Of a stretch of DNA of 11,023 nt, positions 6,707-11,023 are shown piece by piece (positions within the stretch are counted from its first letter, which is position 1; each line of letters opens with the position of its first letter). The DNA is taken from the IMG/VR virus record IMGVR_UViG_2531839448_000002. One strand, written 5' to 3'. The notes under the pieces are model-generated. The model was given only the letters and a program-made list of their open reading frames with translations, searched no databases and was not told where the DNA came from. This DNA is from a virus (taxonomy: Duplodnaviria > Heunggongvirae > Uroviricota > Caudoviricetes). A program made the position numbers and the translations under genes.

Positions 6707-7122
6707 GTTTTGCCCTGAAACTGGCGCGCGAGATGGGGCGACCCGACTGGCGTGCCATGCTTGCCGGGATGTCATCCACGGAGTATGCCGACTGGCACCG
6801 CTTTTACAGTACCCATTATTTTCATGATGTTCTGCTGGATATGCACTTTTCCGGGCTGACGTACACCGTGCTCAGCCTGTTTTTCAGCGATCCGGATATG
6901 CATCCGCTGGATTTCAGTCTGCTGAACCGGCGTGAGGCTGACGAAGAGCCTGAAGATGATGTGCTGATGCAGAAAGCGGCAGGGCTTGCCGGAGGCGTTC
7001 GTTTTGGCCCGGACGGGAATGAAGTTATCCCCGCTTCCCCGGATGTGGCGGACATGACGGAGGATGACGTAATGCTGATGACAGTATCAGAAGGGATCGC
7101 AGGAGGAGTCCGGTATGGCTGA
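6284..7122 (+). CDS. GT: Tail assembly chaperone GT, made by -1 programmed ribosomal frameshift from G into T
   Basis: Slippery heptamer G GGA AAG is in the G zero frame at 6682-6688. The -1 frame continues as ORF 6688-7122 (MFDGELSFALKLAREMGRPDWRAMLAGMSS...), which has no SD or independent start context and matches the lambda T segment. Confidence 0.8.
6682..6688 (+). other. -1 programmed ribosomal frameshift slippery site (G GGA AAG) for G/GT
   Basis: The X XXY YYZ heptamer GGGAAAG is in phase with G codons (gcG GGA AAG tgt), 6 codons before the G stop, and the T reading frame opens in the -1 phase. Confidence 0.8.
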
Positions 7123-9694
7123 ACCGGTAGGCGATCTGGTCGTTGATTTAAGTCTGGATGCGGCCAGATTTGACGAGCAGATGGCCAGAGTCAGGCGTCA
7201 TTTTTCCGGTACGGAAACTGATGCGAAAAAAACAGCGGCAGTCGTTGAACAGTCGCTGAGCCGACAGGCGCTGGCTGCACAGAAAGCGGGGATTTCCGTC
7301 GGGCAGTATAAAGCCGCCATGCGTATGCTGCCTGCACAGTTCACCGACGTGGCCACGCAGCTTGCAGGCGGGCAAAGTCCGTGGCTGATCCTGCTGCAAC
7401 AGGGTGGTCAGGTTAAGGACTCCTTCGGCGGGATGATCCCCATGTTCAGGGGGCTTGCCGGTGCGATCACCCTGCCGATGGTGGGGGCCACCTCGCTGGC
7501 GGTGGCGACCGGTGCGCTGGCGTATGCCTGGTATCAGGGCAACTCAACCCTGTCCGATTTCAACAAAAGGCTGGTCCTTTCCGGCAATCAGGCGGGACTG
7601 ACGGCAGATCGTATTCTGGCCCTGTCCAGAGCCGGGCAGGCGGCAGGGCTGACGTTTAACCAGACCAGCGAGTCACTGACGGCGCTGGTGAATGCCGGTG
7701 TGCGTGGTGGTGAGCAGTTTGAGGCGATCAGCCAGAGTGTGGCGCGTTTCTCCTCTGCATCCGGCGTGGAGGTGGACAAGGTCGCTGAAGCCTTCGGGAA
7801 GCTGACCACAGACCCGACGTCGGGACTGACAGCGATGGCACGTCAGTTCCATAACGTGACGGCGGAGCAGATTGCGTATGTTGCTCAGTTGCAGCGTTCC
7901 GGAGATGAAGCCGGGGCATTGCAGGCGGCGAACGAGGCCGCAACGAAAGGGTTTGATGACCAGACCCGCCGCCTGAAAGAGAACATGGGCACGCTGGAGA
8001 CCTGGGCAGACAGGACAGCACGGGCATTCAAATCCATGTGGGATTCGGTGCTGGATATTGGTCGCCCGGACACTGCCCAGGGAATGCTGGAGAAAGCAGA
8101 AAAGGCTTTTGATGAGGCGGACAAAAAATGGCAGTGGTATCAGAGCCGGAGCCACCGGCGCGGTAAAACCTCAGCATTTCTTGCCAATCTCCGGGGAGCA
8201 TGGGAGGACAGAGCGAATGCGCAACTTGGGCTTTCAGCCGCCACGTTGCAGGCCGATCTTGAAAAGGCCAGAGAGATGGCAGCAAAGGACTGGGCCGAGT
8301 CTGAGGCATCACGGCTGAAATATACCGAAGAGGCGCAGAAGGCTTACGAACGCCTGCAGACGCCGCTGGAGAAATATACCGCCCGTCAGGAAGAACTGAA
8401 CAAGGCACTGAAAGACGGGAAAATCCTGCAGGCAGATTACAACACGCTGATGGCGGCGGCGAAAAAGGATTATGAAGCGACGCTGAAAAAGCCGAAACAG
8501 TCCGGCGTGAAAGTGTCTGCGGGCGATCGTCAGGAAGACAGTGCTCATGCTGCCCTGCTGACGCTTCAGGCTGAACTCCGGACGCTGGAGAAGCATGCCG
8601 GAGCAAATGAGAAAATCAGCCAGCAGCGCCGGGATTTGTGGAAGGCGGAGAGTCAGTTCGCGGTACTGGAGGAGGCGGCGCAACGTCGCCAGCTGTCCGC
8701 ACAGGAGAAATCCCTGCTGGCGCATAAAGATGAGACGCTGGAGTACAAACGCCAGCTGGCTGCACTTGGCGACAAGGTTACGTATCAGGAGCGCCTGAAC
8801 GCGCTGGCGCAGCAGGCGGATAAATTCGCACAGCAGCAACGGGCAAAACGGGCCGCCATTGATGCGAAAAGCCGGGGGCTGACTGACCGGCAGGCAGCGC
8901 GGGAAGCCACGGAACAGCGCCTGAAGGAACAGTATGGCGATAATCCGCTGGCGCTGAATAACGTCATGTCAGAGCAGAAAAAGACCTGGGCGGCTGAAGA
9001 CCAGCTTCGCGGGAGCTGGATGGCAGGCCTGACGTCCGGCTGGAGTGAGTGGGAAGAGAGCGCCACGGACAGTATGTCGCAGGTAAAAAGTGCAGCCACG
9101 CAGACCTTTGATGGTATTGCACAGAATATGGCGGCGATGCTGACCGGCAGTGAGCAGAACTGGCGCAGCTTCACCCGTTCCGTGCTGTCCATGATGACAG
9201 AAATTCTGCTTAAGCAGGCAATGGTGGGGATTGTCGGGAGTATCGGCAGCGCCATTGGCGGGGCTGTTGGTGGCGGCGCATCCGCGTCAGGCGGTACAGC
9301 CATTCAGGCCGCTGCGGCGAAATTCCATTTTGCAACCGGAGGATTTACGGGAACCGGCGGCAAATATGAGCCAGCGGGGATTGTTCACCGTGGTGAATTT
9401 GTCTTCACAAAGGAGGCAACCAGCCGGATTGGCGTGGGGAATCTCTACCGGCTGATGCGCGGCTATGCCACCGGTGGTTATGTCGGTACACCGGGCAGTC
9501 TGGCTGACAGCCGATCGCAGGCGTCCGGGACGTTTGAGCAGAATAACCATGTGGTGATTAACAACGACGGCACGAACGGGCAGATAGGTCCGGCTGCTCT
9601 GAAGGCGGTGTATGACATGGCCCGCAAGGGTGCCCGTGATGAAATTCAGACACAGATGCGTGATGGTGGACTGTTCTCCGGAGGTGGACGATGA
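7115..9694 (+). CDS. H: Tail tape measure protein H (gpH-like), 859 aa
   Basis: MAEPVGDLVVDLSLDAARFDEQMARVRRHF... has a long Ala/Gln/Lys-rich predicted helical middle and a Gly-rich C-terminal region (GIVGSIGSAIGGAVGGGASASGGTAIQ...), matching lambda gpH. It overlaps the T stop and the M start (ATGA). Confidence 0.93.
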   Translation: MAEPVGDLVVDLSLDAARFDEQMARVRRHFSGTETDAKKTAAVVEQSLSRQALAAQKAGISVGQYKAAMRMLPAQFTDVATQLAGGQSPWLILLQQGGQVKDSFGGMIPMFRGLAGAITLPMVGATSLAVATGALAYAWYQGNSTLSDFNKRLVLSGNQAGLTADRILALSRAGQAAGLTFNQTSESLTALVNAGVRGGEQFEAISQSVARFSSASGVEVDKVAEAFGKLTTDPTSGLTAMARQFHNVTAEQIAYVAQLQRSGDEAGALQAANEAATKGFDDQTRRLKENMGTLETWADRTARAFKSMWDSVLDIGRPDTAQGMLEKAEKAFDEADKKWQWYQSRSHRRGKTSAFLANLRGAWEDRANAQLGLSAATLQADLEKAREMAAKDWAESEASRLKYTEEAQKAYERLQTPLEKYTARQEELNKALKDGKILQADYNTLMAAAKKDYEATLKKPKQSGVKVSAGDRQEDSAHAALLTLQAELRTLEKHAGANEKISQQRRDLWKAESQFAVLEEAAQRRQLSAQEKSLLAHKDETLEYKRQLAALGDKVTYQERLNALAQQADKFAQQQRAKRAAIDAKSRGLTDRQAAREATEQRLKEQYGDNPLALNNVMSEQKKTWAAEDQLRGSWMAGLTSGWSEWEESATDSMSQVKSAATQTFDGIAQNMAAMLTGSEQNWRSFTRSVLSMMTEILLKQAMVGIVGSIGSAIGGAVGGGASASGGTAIQAAAAKFHFATGGFTGTGGKYEPAGIVHRGEFVFTKEATSRIGVGNLYRLMRGYATGGYVGTPGSLADSRSQASGTFEQNNHVVINNDGTNGQIGPAALKAVYDMARKGARDEIQTQMRDGGLFSGGGR

Positions 9695-10020
9695 AAACCT
9701 TCCGCTGGAAAGTGAAACCCGGTATGGATGTGGCTTCGGCCCCTTCTGTAAGAAAGGTGCGCTTTGGTGATGGCTATTCCCAGCGAGCGCCTGCCGGGCT
9801 GAATGCCAACCTGAAAACGTACAGCGTGACGCTTTCTGTCCCCCGTTGGGAGGCCACGGCGCTGGAGTCGTTTCTGGAAGAGCACGGGGGCTGGAAAGCC
9901 TTTCTGTGGACGCCGCCTTATGAGTGGCGGCAGATAAAGGTGACTTGCGCAAAATGGTCGTCGCGGGTCAGTATGCTGCGTGTTGAGTTCAGCGCAGAGT
10001 TTGAACAGGTGGTGAACTGA
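9691..10020 (+). CDS. M: Minor tail (tail tip) protein M (gpM-like)
   Basis: The 109-aa product MKTFRWKVKPGMDVASAPSVRKVRFGDGYSQRAPAGLNANLKTYSV... matches lambda gpM. Its stop overlaps the L start. Confidence 0.92.
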   Translation: MKTFRWKVKPGMDVASAPSVRKVRFGDGYSQRAPAGLNANLKTYSVTLSVPRWEATALESFLEEHGGWKAFLWTPPYEWRQIKVTCAKWSSRVSMLRVEFSAEFEQVVN

Positions 10021-10718
10021 TGCAGGATATCCGACAGGAAACACTGAATGAATGCACCCGTGCGGAGCAGTCGGCCAGCGTGGTGCTCTGGGAAATCGAC
10101 CTGACAGAGGTCGGTGGAGAACGTTATTTTTTCTGTAATGAGCAGAACGATAAAGGTGAGCCGGTCACCTGGCAGGGGCGACAGTATCAGGCGTATCCCA
10201 TTCAGGGGACGGGATTTGAACTGAACGGCAAAGGCAGTGCTGCCCGTCCGACACTGACGGTTTCTAACCTGCACGGCATGGTCACCGGGATGGCGGAAGA
10301 TCTGCAGAGTCTGGTCGGCGGAACGGTGGTCCGGCGTAAGGTTTACGCCCGTTTTCTGGATGCGGTGAACTTCGTCAACGGAAACAGTGACGCCGATCCG
10401 GAGCAGGAGGTGATCAGCCGCTGGCGCATTGAGCAGTGCAGCGAACTGAGCGCGGTGAGTGCCTCTTTTGTACTGTCCACGCCGACGGAAACGGACGGCG
10501 CTGTTTTTCCGGGACGTATCATGCTGGCCAACACCTGCACCTGGACCTATCGCGGCGATGAGTGCGGTTATCACGGTCCGGCGGTCGCGGATGAATATGA
10601 CCAGCCAACGTTCGATATCACGAAGGATAAATGCAGCAAATGCCTGAGTGGCTGTAAGTTTCGCAATAACGTCGGCAACTTTGGCGGCTTCCTTTCCATT
10701 AACAAACTTTCGCAGTAA
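10020..10718 (+). CDS. L: Minor tail (tail tip) protein L (gpL-like) with C-terminal Cys cluster
   Basis: The 232-aa product MQDIRQETLNECTRAEQSASVVLWEIDLTEVGGERYFFCNEQN... matches lambda gpL. The C-terminal cysteines (CTWTYRGDECGYHG...DKCSKCLSGCKF) fit the Fe-S cluster reported for gpL. Confidence 0.92.
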   Translation: MQDIRQETLNECTRAEQSASVVLWEIDLTEVGGERYFFCNEQNDKGEPVTWQGRQYQAYPIQGTGFELNGKGSAARPTLTVSNLHGMVTGMAEDLQSLVGGTVVRRKVYARFLDAVNFVNGNSDADPEQEVISRWRIEQCSELSAVSASFVLSTPTETDGAVFPGRIMLANTCTWTYRGDECGYHGPAVADEYDQPTFDITKDKCSKCLSGCKFRNNVGNFGGFLSINKLSQ

Positions 10719-10722
10719 TCCC

Positions 10723-11023
10723 ATGACAGAGACAGAATCAGCGATTCTGGCGCACGCCCGGCGATGTGCGCCAGCGGAGTCGTGCGGCTTCGTGGTGAGA
10801 ACGCCGGAGGGGGAAAGATATTTTCCCTGCGTGAATATTTCCGGTGAGCCGGAGGATTATTTCCGGATGGCTCCGGAGGACTGGCTGCAGGCAGAAATGC
10901 AGGGTGAGATTGTGGCGCTGGTCCACAGCCACCCCGGTGGTCTGCCCTGGCTGAGTGAGGCCGACCGGCGGCTGCAGGTGCAGAGTGATTTGCCGTGGTG
11001 GCTGGTCTGCCGGGGGACGATTC
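10723..11023 (+). CDS. K: Tail tip assembly protein K (gpK-like, MPN/JAMM plus NlpC/P60), 3'-truncated by the window edge
   Basis: ATG at 10723 is 4 nt after the L stop. The translation MTETESAILAHARRCAPAESCGFVVRTPEGERYFPCVNISGEPEDYFRMAPEDWLQAEMQGEIVALVHSHPGGLPWLSEADRRLQ... matches the lambda gpK N-terminus, including the HxH...S..D JAMM-type motif. The frame is open to the window end. It is absent from the ORF track because there is no stop in the window. Confidence 0.88.
   Translation, partial: MTETESAILAHARRCAPAESCGFVVRTPEGERYFPCVNISGEPEDYFRMAPEDWLQAEMQGEIVALVHSHPGGLPWLSEADRRLQVQSDLPWWLVCRGTI

Noticed and set aside
7673-10724. Long minus-strand ORFs antisense to H, M and L (7673-8155, 8028-8606, 8309-8839, 8785-9303, 9287-9952, 9646-10044, 9918-10724)
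   Set aside because: They lie entirely within and opposite strongly supported, tightly packed phage structural genes. Their translations are Arg/Pro/Ser/Cys-rich and low-complexity, typical of GC-rich antisense frames, and they lack convincing starts or ribosome-binding sites.
1-11023. Search for a defence island, toxin-antitoxin pair, CRISPR array, tRNA or moron-type cargo gene
   Set aside because: Apart from IS10, every stretch is accounted for by contiguous, translationally coupled lambda-type morphogenesis genes with minimal intergenic space. No direct-repeat arrays, no tRNA-like structures and no unexplained ORFs with credible starts were seen.

Overview
This window is the late morphogenesis (head-to-tail) operon of a lambda-like siphovirus or prophage, entirely on the + strand, in the canonical order C/Nu3-D-E-FI-FII-Z-U-[IS10]-V-G/GT-H-M-L-K. 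Gene C is cut by the left window edge and K by the right edge. The one clear accessory element is a 1330-bp IS10 copy (IS4 family) inserted exactly at the U/V junction, flanked by a 9-bp target duplication that contains the V start codon. Its transposase frame is broken into two overlapping ORFs. I found no evidence of a novel defence system or other undescribed system. The points most worth a second look are the IS10 insertion and its effect on tail gene expression, the defective transposase, and a divergent block in the tape measure gene H. All homology calls come from recognising the translated proteins and IS10 termini by eye; no database search or alignment was run.
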